A stretch of DNA of 60,702 bases from Gemmatimonadaceae bacterium (GCA_035544855.1 DASZZU010000060.1:1-60702), one strand, 5' to 3'. Numbered from the stretch's first letter, positions 39,092 through 50,015 are shown. Notes: generated by a model not told the origin, from the sequence alone. Made by a program: numbers and translations.

Positions 39092-40072
39092 GTGACATCA
39101 CCGACATTCACCGACCAGCCCGTCCCCGTTCCAAAAAGTTCGGAAGAAGAATTCAAGGATCTTGGTTTCGGAACCGAGGTCGCGAGGGGGGCGCGGCAGC
39201 GATTACTGAATCGCAATGGGAGCTTCAATGTAATTCGCGAGGGGCTCAATCCATTTTCCTCGCTCAGCCTTTACCACTGGCTGCTCACTATCTCGTGGTC
39301 AAAGTTTCTCGGCTTTGTCACAGGAGCCTACGTAGGAGTCAACGCACTATTTGCGGTTGCGTTCCTGCTCTGTGGGCCGGACGCGCTTCAGTCGAGCTCC
39401 GGAAGTTTCGCGGGACATCCCTTCTATAGGGCGTTCTTTTTCAGCGTCGACACTTTTGCGACGATCGGATACGGGAACATCATCCCGGTAGGAGTCGCCG
39501 CTAATGCTCTCGTCACGATTGAGGCGCTGGTCAACATTCTCGGGATCGCACTCGCCACAGGCGTCATCTTCAGCAGATTTTCGCGGCCCTCTGCAAGAAT
39601 TGTTTATAGCCGCAATGCGATTGTCGCTCCTTATCGCGATGGGTCTGCTCTCGAGTTCAGAATTGCCAATGGAAGGAGCAGTCAACTTATCGAAGTCCAG
39701 ATCCAGGTTATTCTCACCAAGCTCGAGCGAACCGACGGGTCCCTCGTGCGCAAGTTTTACGACTTGAGTCTCGAGCGTCACCGCGTCGTCTTCTTCGCGC
39801 TCAGTTGGACCGTAGTCCATCCAATCGATCCGAGTAGCCCCATGTGGGGGCTTACTCAGAAGGACCTTCTCGACGCCGATGCGGAGATCCTGATTCTCCT
39901 CACGGGAACGGATGAGACTCTTTCGCAGACCGTGCACTCGCGATCCTCATACAAGGCGGACGAAATCGTATGGGGCGCGAAATTCGCGAACATGTTCATG
40001 CGGACCGAAGCAGATGGAATCATCGGTATGAACCTGAGCAGGATTCACGACATCGAAGTTATCTATACTTGA
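39092..40072 (+). CDS. Inward-rectifier potassium channel (KirBac)
   Basis: FFSVDTFATIGYG filter, RFSRP, WTVVHPIDPSSP, HSRSSY. Confidence 0.92.
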   Translation: MTSPTFTDQPVPVPKSSEEEFKDLGFGTEVARGARQRLLNRNGSFNVIREGLNPFSSLSLYHWLLTISWSKFLGFVTGAYVGVNALFAVAFLLCGPDALQSSSGSFAGHPFYRAFFFSVDTFATIGYGNIIPVGVAANALVTIEALVNILGIALATGVIFSRFSRPSARIVYSRNAIVAPYRDGSALEFRIANGRSSQLIEVQIQVILTKLERTDGSLVRKFYDLSLERHRVVFFALSWTVVHPIDPSSPMWGLTQKDLLDADAEILILLTGTDETLSQTVHSRSSYKADEIVWGAKFANMFMRTEADGIIGMNLSRIHDIEVIYT

Positions 40073-40139
40073 AAAGCTTGGTGTATGACCTGGCAAACTT
40101 TGACGTCTTACCAGTATCCACTTCACATTGAGAGAGCAA

Positions 40140-40865
40140 ATGAAACAGGCGACAAAGTTGTTGGCTACACTCGGACTTATAGCGCCATTAACGCTGCAGG
40201 CACAAGACAGTCGCACGCCACTTGAGCAAATTCCGCAGATTTCAGTCGCGGGAAGAGGAGAAGTCAAAGTCTCGCCGGACCGTGCCACGATACAGGTCAG
40301 TGTGCAGACCCGGGCGCCCAGCGCGGCAGCGGCCGCAGCCGAGAACGCGAATAAGCAGCAATCAGTGATGACGGCATTACGAGCTCTGGGTCTTGGAAAC
40401 GATCAGCTTTCGACGATCAATTACAACGTCTTCCCGGAACAGCGCTACGAGCAAGGCAAGGAACCGATGATCGTTGCCTACAATGTCACTAACACAATTC
40501 TCGTCGATGTTCGCAAACTGAGTCAGGTCGGTCCGGTGATCGACGCCGCGCTTTCACACGGGGCGAACATGATCACTTCCCTCCAGTTCTATGCTTCCAA
40601 CACCGAAACAGCTCGGCGAACAGCGATCTCGGCGGCGATAGAAAAAGCCCGGGCTGACGCGGAGGCTGCTGCACACGCTGCACACGGATCTCTCGGGACA
40701 CTTCTCGGGATTGATATCGGGTCTTATTCCCCTCCTCCACCTCGGCCCATGATGATGACTCGAGTGCTTGCCGGCGCAGCACAGGCAGACACTCCAATCA
40801 ATCCCGGGGAGGAAACACTCTCTGTCGAGGTGAACACCCGGTGGCGCTTTATCCCAGGCCAATAG
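40140..40865 (+). CDS. SIMPL (DUF541) domain periplasmic protein
   Basis: Signal peptide; ISVAGRGEVKVSPD, GAN, PINPGE. Confidence 0.88.
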   Translation: MKQATKLLATLGLIAPLTLQAQDSRTPLEQIPQISVAGRGEVKVSPDRATIQVSVQTRAPSAAAAAAENANKQQSVMTALRALGLGNDQLSTINYNVFPEQRYEQGKEPMIVAYNVTNTILVDVRKLSQVGPVIDAALSHGANMITSLQFYASNTETARRTAISAAIEKARADAEAAAHAAHGSLGTLLGIDIGSYSPPPPRPMMMTRVLAGAAQADTPINPGEETLSVEVNTRWRFIPGQ

Positions 40866-40868
40866 TCC

Positions 40869-40910
40869 ATCTCCACGTGGAACCCAATAGTAGTTGTTCC
40901 ACGTGGAAAC
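40869..40910. promoter_or_regulatory. parS: Two parS sites
   Basis: ATCTCCACGTGGAACC (40869-40884) and TGTTCCACGTGGAAAC (40895-40910) versus consensus TGTTNCACGTGAAACA, immediately upstream of parA. Confidence 0.9.
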
Positions 40911-40958
40911 CCCCCTCACAGCCTGATAGATTAGGCGCCATACCTTTACCGTGATTTC

Positions 40959-41747
40959 GTGGCGCGAATAATTGCAATTGCAAATCAGAAGGGTGGAGTC
41001 GGAAAAACGACGACCGCGGTAAACTTGGCAGCAAGCCTTGCTGCTGCCGAGCAACGAACTTTGCTCGTCGACGCTGATCCTCAAGGGAATGCTACCAGTG
41101 GCGTCGGGCTCCAGAAGGAAAATGTACCGCTTACCCTGTACGACGTCCTCGTCGGGAACTCGGATCTTGGGTCCGCCCGTCAAACAGGCATCCAGTTCGA
41201 GAAGCTGGATGTAATAGGCGCGACTCCGGACCTGGCCGCAGCAGAGGTGGAGCTCATAGATAAGTCTGACCGTGAGCACGTCATGCGACAGTCGGTCGAG
41301 TCCCTTCGCCCTGAGTACGAGTACATAATCATCGACTGCCCGCCGTCGCTGGGCCTGATCACGATCAACATGCTGGCCGCCGCAGACGCACTGCTAATCC
41401 CCGTCCAGTGCGAGTACTACGCGTTAGAGGGTTTGTCTCAGCTCTTGAACACTGTCCACCGGGTTCAGCACGGCGCGAATGAGAAGCTCGCTATAGACGG
41501 GGTGTTATTGACGATGTACGACTCCCGGCTGAATCTCTCGAGACAGGTTGCTGAAGACGCTCGCGAATACTTCGGACCGAAGGTGTTCAACAGCGTCGTA
41601 CCTAGAAATGTCCGACTGGCAGAAGCACCGAGCTTTGGCAAGCCGATCATTCTGTACGATGCGGCTTCAGTCGGTGCACAGGCCTACATGAACGTCGCCA
41701 AAGAGTTGATTGAGCGAACCGAGCAGGGAGAGAACGGTGGCTACTGA
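40959..41747 (+). CDS. parA: ParA/Soj ATPase
   Basis: [43 protein letters not shown]. Confidence 0.97.
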   Translation: MARIIAIANQKGGVGKTTTAVNLAASLAAAEQRTLLVDADPQGNATSGVGLQKENVPLTLYDVLVGNSDLGSARQTGIQFEKLDVIGATPDLAAAEVELIDKSDREHVMRQSVESLRPEYEYIIIDCPPSLGLITINMLAAADALLIPVQCEYYALEGLSQLLNTVHRVQHGANEKLAIDGVLLTMYDSRLNLSRQVAEDAREYFGPKVFNSVVPRNVRLAEAPSFGKPIILYDAASVGAQAYMNVAKELIERTEQGENGGY

Positions 41748-42627
41748 GAAAACGCCGAGACGGCTTGGCAGAGGACTCGAGGCTCTTCTCGGCACAGGCG
41801 GCGGCCTGGCTTCGAGCGACGAGGGTGCATTAAAATCGATTCCCATCGCACAAGTCGCTCGAAACCCCTTCCAACCGAGAACTGAATTCAACGCCGAAGA
41901 GCTCCTCGAGCTCCAGGAGAGTCTCAAGGCAAGCGGACTCCTTCAGCCGATAACGGTTCGCCGCAGGCCTGGTAAGGACGGATTTGAGCTCATAGCCGGG
42001 GAACGTCGTCTACGGGCCGCCACAAAGCTCGGATGGAAAGAAATCCCCGCAATCATAAAGGAAACCGATGATAGGACGCTTCTGACTCTGGCACTTGTCG
42101 AGAATCTTCAGCGAACTGATCTCAACCCAATCGAAGAAGGAGAGGGCTATCACAGGCTTTCGCACGACTTTGGCCTGACTCAGCAACAGATTGCGGAGAC
42201 CGTCGGAAAGGATAGAACGACGATCGCCAACATGCTTCGCGTGCTTCAACTTCCGGAATCCGTGAGAAGGCTGCTCCAAGCCGGTAAGTTGTCGATGGGC
42301 CACGCAAAGGTGCTGCTGGGCCTCGATGATTCCGACAAGATTGTGACTCTGGCGAACGAAATTGTGAGAGAAGGCCTCACCGTCAGGGAGCTGGAGGGTA
42401 GGCTCCGGCAGGTTGTGGGTACGCGAAAGGGAGGGAAAGCAGGACGGCCAAGAAGCGCTGATCGCCAATCCCCAGAGACTCGGCAAATTCAAGACAGGCT
42501 GCGGCGGTTCCTTCAGACGGACGCAACACTGACTGTCGGGCCGAATAACCGAGGCACACTTACCCTCCATTTTTACTCGGCCGACGATCTCGAACGTCTG
42601 CTCGACGTCATGCGCGTTCCAGACTAA
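41737..42627 (+). CDS. parB: ParB/Spo0J
   Basis: [39 protein letters not shown]; GGAG before GTG 41737. Confidence 0.97.
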   Translation: MATEKTPRRLGRGLEALLGTGGGLASSDEGALKSIPIAQVARNPFQPRTEFNAEELLELQESLKASGLLQPITVRRRPGKDGFELIAGERRLRAATKLGWKEIPAIIKETDDRTLLTLALVENLQRTDLNPIEEGEGYHRLSHDFGLTQQQIAETVGKDRTTIANMLRVLQLPESVRRLLQAGKLSMGHAKVLLGLDDSDKIVTLANEIVREGLTVRELEGRLRQVVGTRKGGKAGRPRSADRQSPETRQIQDRLRRFLQTDATLTVGPNNRGTLTLHFYSADDLERLLDVMRVPD

Positions 42628-42730
42628 TCAACAAGGTTGTCAACCTGAGCTATAACACATTGTGGCGTAATGGGTTAGCTTCCAAATTCCGAGTTGGGCA
42701 GGGCATTTGTCCACACAAATCTGCCACTGT

Positions 42731-43507
42731 ATGACGATATCCCTGGAGGATCTCGCACACTACACCGATAGCCTTCTCGCGACCCCAGCCACGCCCGATT
42801 ATCCGAACGCGCTCAATGGGGTTCAGCTGTACAACCAGTCACCCATCCAGAAGATCATAGCTGCGGTCGATTTTTCCACACGGGCCATCCAGGGAGCAAT
42901 CACGACCGGCGCAAATCTCCTTGTTGTCCACCATGGCATGTTCTGGGGCGGGCTGGAGCGTATGACTGGCTCTCACTATAAACGTGTCCGAATGCTCATT
43001 GAAGCAGATATTGCGGTTTACGCCTCGCACCTGCCGCTCGACCGGCATCCAACACTCGGAAACAACGCACTCTTCGCCAAGGAGTTGGGTCTCAAGCCAA
43101 ATGCCCTCTTCGCTCGCTTTGAAGACATTTTCATCGGGTTGAGCGGAGAGAGCGACATCGAAACCGCAGCAATCGTCACATCCGCTCGGGCGTTTGCGCG
43201 AACACACGGCGGAGATCTCCGCACATCCATGATACGGGATGGCCGACGAACACAGAAATGGGCAATCTGCACGGGTGCGGGAGCATCGGGCGATACACTA
43301 AGAGAGGCAAGCACGATGGGAGTGGACACACTCATCGTGGGCGAAGGACCCCACTGGACAGCAGTCCACGCTGAGGAAAACGATCTCGTGATCATATACG
43401 CGGGACACTACGCGACGGAAACTCTCGGCGTCTGTGCCTTGGCGCAACATCTCGGCGAGAAATACAATCTGCCTTGGAATTTTGTGAGTGCACCAACCGG
43501 TCTTTGA
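42731..43507 (+). CDS. Nif3-like dinuclear metal centre protein
   Basis: NGVQL, VHHG, HLPLDRHP..GNN, AGHYATE. Confidence 0.92.
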   Translation: MTISLEDLAHYTDSLLATPATPDYPNALNGVQLYNQSPIQKIIAAVDFSTRAIQGAITTGANLLVVHHGMFWGGLERMTGSHYKRVRMLIEADIAVYASHLPLDRHPTLGNNALFAKELGLKPNALFARFEDIFIGLSGESDIETAAIVTSARAFARTHGGDLRTSMIRDGRRTQKWAICTGAGASGDTLREASTMGVDTLIVGEGPHWTAVHAEENDLVIIYAGHYATETLGVCALAQHLGEKYNLPWNFVSAPTGL

Positions 43508-43529
43508 TAAGATCAAAGCTGCCCGAGCT

Positions 43530-44453
43530 TCAGCAGGTGGTGTAAGCACTCTTCCAGGTGGAACGCCATTGACCAGGTCCAGTCCGTTCGATTAGTCCAA
43601 GCTTGGCACCTTCTTCGGACTCGACGTTAACAACGATCGCTGGGCGCTTCGATGCTCCTATCTTCGCAGCAGCGAGTACTTCCGTCGCTTGCATCGTTTC
43701 TTCAGCACCAGCTATCCGGCTGAAGTAACCCACAGTGTATCTCCCTTTCGTTCCAGTCGGGTGCTCACCTATGAGTAGAAGATGCTCGATTCGTGGATTG
43801 GCTTCCTCGTTCAACGTGCGAACAATATCGGCAATTACTACTTCGACCAAATCCAGTCGAAAGGTGTAGGCTGACTGCACTCTGAACGGGAGCCTTCTAA
43901 AAGTCGGGTCCGATGAAACCGGCAGAGTCGCCGCACTTTGGGCGAGTGATGCGGCAAGCACGGCTGAATCGGCGCTCGGCAACGACTCGATCGAATCGAG
44001 CGGAATTGCGCTCACATTTCCACGTACAAATCCGACACGCCAACCCGGATGGGCAGATTTCGTTCTGCCGACAGGCCAAGCGCTGCACTCTTGCTTCGAG
44101 TCGGCTCCCGCTGTTAACGATGAGACCGTTGTAGAATCAACTCTTCCGCCCCGACTGAAAAGCTCGAAGACGAAACCAGAGACAGGTGGGGTAACATCCT
44201 GGATTGATTCGATCGTACTGTCCGTTGCCTCTGGCAATACAATCGAAACACTGTCAGAGCTGTTCCCGGCAGACAGCAGCATTACTGGACCGGCGTTCAC
44301 ATTCCAGTTGGTATTGCTGACCGGGCCCAGAGAAAGCACGGGCGGGAGAGATCTGCCAGCGGCGTCGGTGCTGTCTCGCGCCTTATCTCGGCAGGCGAGT
44401 ACAATAAGCAGCGGAACGAAGATCCTGCTGAGAACGACCAAGCGACCTGCCAT
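43530..44453 (-). CDS. Hypothetical lipoprotein
   Basis: Hydrophobic stretch followed by VLAC lipobox; 307-aa ORF. Confidence 0.7.
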   Translation of the reverse strand: MAGRLVVLSRIFVPLLIVLACRDKARDSTDAAGRSLPPVLSLGPVSNTNWNVNAGPVMLLSAGNSSDSVSIVLPEATDSTIESIQDVTPPVSGFVFELFSRGGRVDSTTVSSLTAGADSKQECSAWPVGRTKSAHPGWRVGFVRGNVSAIPLDSIESLPSADSAVLAASLAQSAATLPVSSDPTFRRLPFRVQSAYTFRLDLVEVVIADIVRTLNEEANPRIEHLLLIGEHPTGTKGRYTVGYFSRIAGAEETMQATEVLAAAKIGASKRPAIVVNVESEEGAKLGLIERTGPGQWRSTWKSAYTTC

Positions 44454-44585
44454 AGGGTTAAATCTGCCTGTCACATCTTCCAGCGTCGAGAGTACGTATG
44501 CCGTGCTACGTCACGATACGTATTTGAGTGGCAGATTCAGCGGTGTAGAGTTTCTCATGTGCGACTTTAACGCGCGGAGTAACCG

Positions 44586-46046
44586 ATGCAGTCAACAGCC
44601 GTAATTAGTACCGGCTCCATGGTAGACGGTTCAAATATCACGGCCAGAGGGGATCTGAATCCGCCCTTGGCTCCCGCACGGGAGCGATTCAGCTGGGCGC
44701 TTTACGATTTTGCCAATACCGTTTTTTCGATGAATATCGCTACGCTCTACTTCTCGGCGTGGCTGGTAAAAGATCTGGGTCATTCCAATACTCTCTACGC
44801 TACGGTAAATGGAATAGCATCCGCGCTTGTAGTGGTTTCGATCCCCCTTTTTGGTGCTATTTCCGACGCAACACAAAGGCGGAAGCCCTGGGTTGTCGGC
44901 TTTACTCTCATTGCATGCATCTCCACGATATTGATTGCCATTCTCGGCCAGATCGGACTGCCTCTCATTGGCGAGGGTGTCACAGCGTTTGCGCCGTCGT
45001 CCTCCTTGATGCCGCCCGGTGTTGCGTTGTTCGCAGTGCTCGCAGCGTTCACCATCGCGAACTACGCGTATCAGGGCGCGCAGCCGTTCTACAACGCAAT
45101 GCTGCCGGAGCTCGTTCCCGTGGATCACCGAGGCCGTCTTTCGGGAATGGGCGCCGCGTTTGGCTATGCCGGCTCAATTACCGGTGTTCTGCTGACATTT
45201 CCATTCTTCACCGGATCACTGCCGATACTCGGAGCGATTCCCAGGTACGTTATTCGTTTCTTGCGAAATGCAGTCCCATTCACGGCCCACGGTGGACGTG
45301 TTTCCACATTCGTCCCGACAGCGATTCTTTTCCTTCTGTTCTCACTACCACTGTTTTTTTTCTGCCACGATCACAATGCAGTACGTGGAAAGGGGCGCAT
45401 TCCGTGGCGTGAAGCATTCGGCGATGTGCGTCACACCTTGAAAGAGGCAAAAAAATATCCGGGAACGCTGAGATTCATCCTCACGTCCTTCCTGTATCAG
45501 GATGCAATGGGGACAATCATCGCGAACATGGCACTCTACGCGATCTTCGCGATGGGATTCAAGGACGGTTCTGAGGCAACTCTATTCGTGATACTTACGA
45601 TTCCAGCGGTCATCGGGAGTTATGGCATCGGTCGCTTGGTAGATCGGTTCGGACCAAAGCGTACGCTATCCTGGGTCCTCATGGGATGGGTCGTGCTTCT
45701 GGTGGCAATGATCGTGGTGCCGACGAGTGGCGCTTTCTGGATCGTAGGCGCAGGCATAGGACTGATTTACGGAGGTGTGTCGACCGCTGAGCGTCCGCTG
45801 CTATTGAGCCTTGTTCCCGACGTCGAGGCTGGGCGTTTCTTCAGCTTGATGGTGCTTTCGTCGAGGGCCGCAGCTGTTGTCGGTCCATTCATATGGGCAT
45901 TCGCCGTCGATGGACTGAAGTCTTCGATGGGAACCGGGTTCGCGTATCGGGCTGGAGTCGCAACAGTTGCAATCGGGATGATTCTAGCGCTCCTGATGTT
46001 ACGCGGGGTTCCCAACAACTTCACCAGGTCCGACCGCTCGAGATGA
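44586..46046 (+). CDS. MFS transporter (UMF1/Atg22-like)
   Basis: SWALYDFAN, FYNAMLP, GRLSG, DRFGPK; about 12 TM helices. Confidence 0.9.
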   Translation: MQSTAVISTGSMVDGSNITARGDLNPPLAPARERFSWALYDFANTVFSMNIATLYFSAWLVKDLGHSNTLYATVNGIASALVVVSIPLFGAISDATQRRKPWVVGFTLIACISTILIAILGQIGLPLIGEGVTAFAPSSSLMPPGVALFAVLAAFTIANYAYQGAQPFYNAMLPELVPVDHRGRLSGMGAAFGYAGSITGVLLTFPFFTGSLPILGAIPRYVIRFLRNAVPFTAHGGRVSTFVPTAILFLLFSLPLFFFCHDHNAVRGKGRIPWREAFGDVRHTLKEAKKYPGTLRFILTSFLYQDAMGTIIANMALYAIFAMGFKDGSEATLFVILTIPAVIGSYGIGRLVDRFGPKRTLSWVLMGWVVLLVAMIVVPTSGAFWIVGAGIGLIYGGVSTAERPLLLSLVPDVEAGRFFSLMVLSSRAAAVVGPFIWAFAVDGLKSSMGTGFAYRAGVATVAIGMILALLMLRGVPNNFTRSDRSR

Positions 46047-47017
46047 TTTACAGCTTATTGCGGTGGATCACCGGAATAGCGCTACACTGGTTCTATAGCG
46101 ATATCCGCATAGTGGGAGCGGAAAAGATTCCAGCGAGCGGCCCCTTGTTGATCGCGGTCAATCACCAAAATGCGCTGGTTGATTCCCTGATAGTCGGGTG
46201 GCTCGTTCCTCGTCACATTGCGATGACCGCGAAGGCAACACTTACCGACAATCCATTCATTGCAATTCTCTTCAGATTATTGCATATCGTGCCGCTTCGT
46301 CGAGTAAGTGACGAGGCCAGGAAGCAAAACGGATTGCCGGTCGATAGATCGCGCAATGCGCGAGCGTTCAAGGAGATATTGAATCTCCTCGGAAGAAACG
46401 GGGCGCTGTTGATCTTTCCCGAAGGCAAGAGCCACAACGAGACCGGACTCGAGCCGCTCAAGACGGGATTGGCGCGACTCGCGCTCCAGGCGCGAGACGA
46501 GAGCGCAATCACTGGACTCAGGATTCTCCCTCTTGGTCTCGTCTTCGAAGACAAGGGTACGCCAGGCACGGTTGTCGGCGCGCACGTAGGGACGGCCATC
46601 GAGATGGATTCCTGGCGAGGCAAAGATCACACAAAGCTCACGCAGGAAATTGCCGATCGTTTACGGGCCGTCTCCGAGGAAGCCGGATTGCCGCCACAAG
46701 ATTTCAGTCGTGCGAGGGAGAGCGACAACGTTGTGAACGAAAGAGCCATTGCCCTTGCAGCGTGGTGGGGCCGTCTCACGCACGAGTTACCGGTGAGAAT
46801 AGCGAGAAACATGGCAGTCAAGCGCAGCACGGACGCGGATGAGCCGGCAATGTTCACGATCATATTTGGCGTCGGGCTGGTGCTTCTTACCTACATCATA
46901 CACCTCACAATCGTAGGTATAATCGTTCATTCTTTCTTGTTCGACTGTTTGTATCTGGCCGGGTTGCTGAGCGGGGCATACTGGGCAGCATTTCAACAAC
47001 ACCCGCGGCGTTACTAG
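46043..47017 (+). CDS. Lysophospholipid/glycerol acyltransferase (PlsC-like)
   Basis: NHQNALVD (HxxxxD), IFPEGKSH, LKTG; ATGA overlap with the MFS gene. Confidence 0.88.
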   Translation: MIYSLLRWITGIALHWFYSDIRIVGAEKIPASGPLLIAVNHQNALVDSLIVGWLVPRHIAMTAKATLTDNPFIAILFRLLHIVPLRRVSDEARKQNGLPVDRSRNARAFKEILNLLGRNGALLIFPEGKSHNETGLEPLKTGLARLALQARDESAITGLRILPLGLVFEDKGTPGTVVGAHVGTAIEMDSWRGKDHTKLTQEIADRLRAVSEEAGLPPQDFSRARESDNVVNERAIALAAWWGRLTHELPVRIARNMAVKRSTDADEPAMFTIIFGVGLVLLTYIIHLTIVGIIVHSFLFDCLYLAGLLSGAYWAAFQQHPRRY

Positions 47018-47021
47018 CGCG

Positions 47022-49967
47022 TTAGAGCTTCGTTTCCAACCAGTTTTTCCCAACCCCCAGATCTACCATCAAAGGCACGGATAGCTCCGCCGCATGCTCC
47101 ATCTCGTACTTCACGAGATCCTGCACCTGATCGAGCTCGCTCGGGATTACCTCGAAGACCAGCTCGTCATGGACTTGGAGCAGCATTTTGCTTCGCAGCT
47201 TCCGGCTCTTTAGCGCATCATCGATCCTGATCATCGCGATCTTGATTAGGTCAGCTGCGGAGCCCTGGATTGGGGAGTTGGCTGCCGTTCTCTCGCCGAA
47301 TGCGCGAATGTTGAAATTCCGCTCTCGCAGTTCCGGTATGTACCGTCGCCTGCCAAAAATTGTTTGCACATATCCGTGCTCACGGGCAAAAGCCACCATC
47401 GAGTCGAGGTAATTTCTCACACCCTGGAAACGTTCGAAGTAGCGAGCGATAAACTCCTTCGCTTCGGCGTGCTCGATCCCCAACTGACGAGACAACGCGT
47501 GAGGCCCCTGTCCGTAGATCGTGGCGAAATTGATTGTCTTCGCGCGGGCGCGCATTGTACTTGTCACTTCCGACAGCGGTACTTCAAAAATCAAGGCTGC
47601 TGTCTGACTATGGATGTCTCCGCCCGCCTGGAAAGCCTCTACGAAAGCCGGGTCTTGCGACAGGTGTGCAAGAAGTCGTAGCTCGATCTGCGAATAGTCC
47701 GCCGCGAGCAGCAGCCATCCCTCACGCGGAATGAAGCCGCGCCTGATGTCACGGCCCAATTCCCTGCGAATCGGAATATTCTGCAGATTCGGATCACTTG
47801 AAGAGAGTCGCCCGGTGCTTGCCACCGTTTGGTTGAACGACGTATGCAGCCTGCCCGTCTGTGGGTTTACCAGCCGCGGTAGGGCATCCAGGTAAGTGCT
47901 CTCGAGCTTGGCCAGCTCCCTGTACTCCATCAGAAGTACCGGTAGCTCGTGACCCTCTTCCGCGAGCTCCTTGAGTACGCTGGCGTCGGTGGACGGCCCT
48001 GTGCTTGTTTTCTTGATAACTGGAAGATTCAACTTCCCGAATAGTATCTCTCGGAGCTGCAGATTCGAATTGATGTTGAATTCCGTTCCAGCAGCTTCGT
48101 AAATCTGCTTTTCAACCGCTTCGCGTTCTGACTGAAAGCGCTGCTTCAGGGATGAAAACCATGGCAGATCGATCGTTATTCCGGTCCATTCCATCTCCGC
48201 CAGCACATCCACCAGAGGTATTTCCACACCATCGAAAAGCCGTGTGAGCTCGTGCGATTCAAGCTGCGGCTCAAAGACTCTCCGCATCTGGAGAGTCATG
48301 TCGGCATCTTCGCATGAATAATCGCGCGCTGCTTCGATGGGACACTCATCAAAGGGGATAGCCGAGCGGCCTTTTCCGCAAAGATCCGTGTACGATGTCA
48401 TGCTGTGATCGAGGAACTCGAGCGCCAACACGTCGAGCCCGTGAGACCGCCGACCAGGATCCAGAACGTAGCTCGCCAGCATCGTATCAAAATCGAGGCC
48501 CGCCAGATTCACACCTGCGCAGCGCAACGTGAGCTTATCGTACTTGGAATTCTGGGCTGTTTTCCTGATAGAGGGATCTTCGAGAAGGTTTCGAAGAGGC
48601 TCCATTTCCGCTGAGTCGAGCGGAGGAAGATTGCGCACATTCGCAGGCTTACTGGTGCGTAGCATCCTCGCTGCTATTCCTTCCGATTCGCTACCGCCTT
48701 TCTTTTTCTTGGGCGTCTCATCCGGGGTCGCTTCGTCACCTCCACGAATGAGCCCGCGTTCCTCGGGCGCGTCGGTCGCGGACCGATCTCCCGGCGCATC
48801 AACCAGGAGCTCACCCTGGCCTGCCTGGGGCAATCTGTGCCTGAGAGGGAAGTAGTACGCCTCACCCTCACGTACTGCGATCGAGATGGAAACCAGCGAA
48901 GAGCGCAAAGGATCGACAATCTGCGGACTATCCGGATCGATCAGTGTCTCGGTGCCGATCGAGATTACTTTCGCTTCTCTTGCGCGAGCTATGGGACGAT
49001 CCAGGGCTTGAATAGAGTCAATCGTTACGTAATTGGCCTGCTTTGGCTTCTGCTGTTCGACAGGCGCCTGTACAGCGATGTCCTTCGCGAGGGAGTGAAA
49101 CTCGAGTTCGAGAAAGAGATCCCTCAGCCTATGGTAGTCGGGGTCTTTTACTCTGAGAGAGTCGAGGTCGAATGCGACCGACAAATCATCGCGGATTGTA
49201 ACTAATTCCTTGGAAAGGCGAGCGTTTTCAGCATGCTCGAGAAGTGCCTCACGGGGTCGCTTCTTGGTGATCTCACTGGCGTGAGCCAGAATCGATTCAA
49301 GGTGCCCGTACTGCTTGACGAGCTCGGACGCAGTCTTGTCCCCTATACCCCGCACTCCCGGCACATTGTCGGATGAATCACCGACCAGCGCCAGGTAATC
49401 AGTGACGAATTCCGGAGCGACTCCAAGGCGTTCCTCCGCATTCTCAACGCCGACCCAATGCTCTTCGACGTTAGCCGGGCCGCCGCGACCTGGGTTGAGA
49501 AGCCAGACTCCAGGCTTCACCAGCTGCTGAAAGTCTTTGTCTCCGGACACCACCACCACATTTATGCCGGCGTCGACGCTCTTCGCCACCAGTGTTCCTA
49601 TGACATCGTCGGCCTCATATCCAGGAAGCGACATAATCGGAATACGATAGGCGTCCAGCATTTCGCATATGCGATCCATTCCGCGATCGAAATCCGACTG
49701 GAGCTCTTCGCTAAGCTTCTCGCGAGTTGCTTTGTACGCTGGATACCGCTCATGGCGAAAGGAAAGGCCTGAGTCGTGGACCCAGCCGAGATATTCCGGC
49801 TTATGCTTGGTGATGAGTCGCTGGAGAAAGTTGGCTATGCCCCAGCTCGCTGAAGTGTTCTCCCCTTTGCCCGTGGTAAGAGGTCGCGAGATCAGTGCAA
49901 AAAAAGCGCGATAGATGAGGGCGTATCCATCTACAAGAAACAGTCGTGGACTTTCCGGAGCTTTCAT
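47022..49967 (-). CDS. polA: DNA polymerase I
   Basis: LVDG, EADD, GRLSSSDPNLQNIP, DYSQIELR, KTINF, QVHDEL. Confidence 0.98.
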   Translation of the reverse strand: MKAPESPRLFLVDGYALIYRAFFALISRPLTTGKGENTSASWGIANFLQRLITKHKPEYLGWVHDSGLSFRHERYPAYKATREKLSEELQSDFDRGMDRICEMLDAYRIPIMSLPGYEADDVIGTLVAKSVDAGINVVVVSGDKDFQQLVKPGVWLLNPGRGGPANVEEHWVGVENAEERLGVAPEFVTDYLALVGDSSDNVPGVRGIGDKTASELVKQYGHLESILAHASEITKKRPREALLEHAENARLSKELVTIRDDLSVAFDLDSLRVKDPDYHRLRDLFLELEFHSLAKDIAVQAPVEQQKPKQANYVTIDSIQALDRPIARAREAKVISIGTETLIDPDSPQIVDPLRSSLVSISIAVREGEAYYFPLRHRLPQAGQGELLVDAPGDRSATDAPEERGLIRGGDEATPDETPKKKKGGSESEGIAARMLRTSKPANVRNLPPLDSAEMEPLRNLLEDPSIRKTAQNSKYDKLTLRCAGVNLAGLDFDTMLASYVLDPGRRSHGLDVLALEFLDHSMTSYTDLCGKGRSAIPFDECPIEAARDYSCEDADMTLQMRRVFEPQLESHELTRLFDGVEIPLVDVLAEMEWTGITIDLPWFSSLKQRFQSEREAVEKQIYEAAGTEFNINSNLQLREILFGKLNLPVIKKTSTGPSTDASVLKELAEEGHELPVLLMEYRELAKLESTYLDALPRLVNPQTGRLHTSFNQTVASTGRLSSSDPNLQNIPIRRELGRDIRRGFIPREGWLLLAADYSQIELRLLAHLSQDPAFVEAFQAGGDIHSQTAALIFEVPLSEVTSTMRARAKTINFATIYGQGPHALSRQLGIEHAEAKEFIARYFERFQGVRNYLDSMVAFAREHGYVQTIFGRRRYIPELRERNFNIRAFGERTAANSPIQGSAADLIKIAMIRIDDALKSRKLRSKMLLQVHDELVFEVIPSELDQVQDLVKYEMEHAAELSVPLMVDLGVGKNWLETKL

Positions 49968-49978
49968 GAAGTCAATAT

Positions 49979-50015
49979 AAAACGCCCTCGCTCAGGAAGA
50001 ACGTGAGGGCGTTTT
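49979..50015. terminator. Intrinsic terminator between the GWxTD gene and polA
   Basis: AAAACGCCCTCGC...GTGAGGGCGTTTT. Confidence 0.75.

Noticed and set aside
43530-43535. Cys-TGA at the end of the hypothetical lipoprotein as a second Sec candidate
   Set aside because: No redox-fold context. Read-through runs antisense into the convergent Nif3 gene with no recognisable sequence.
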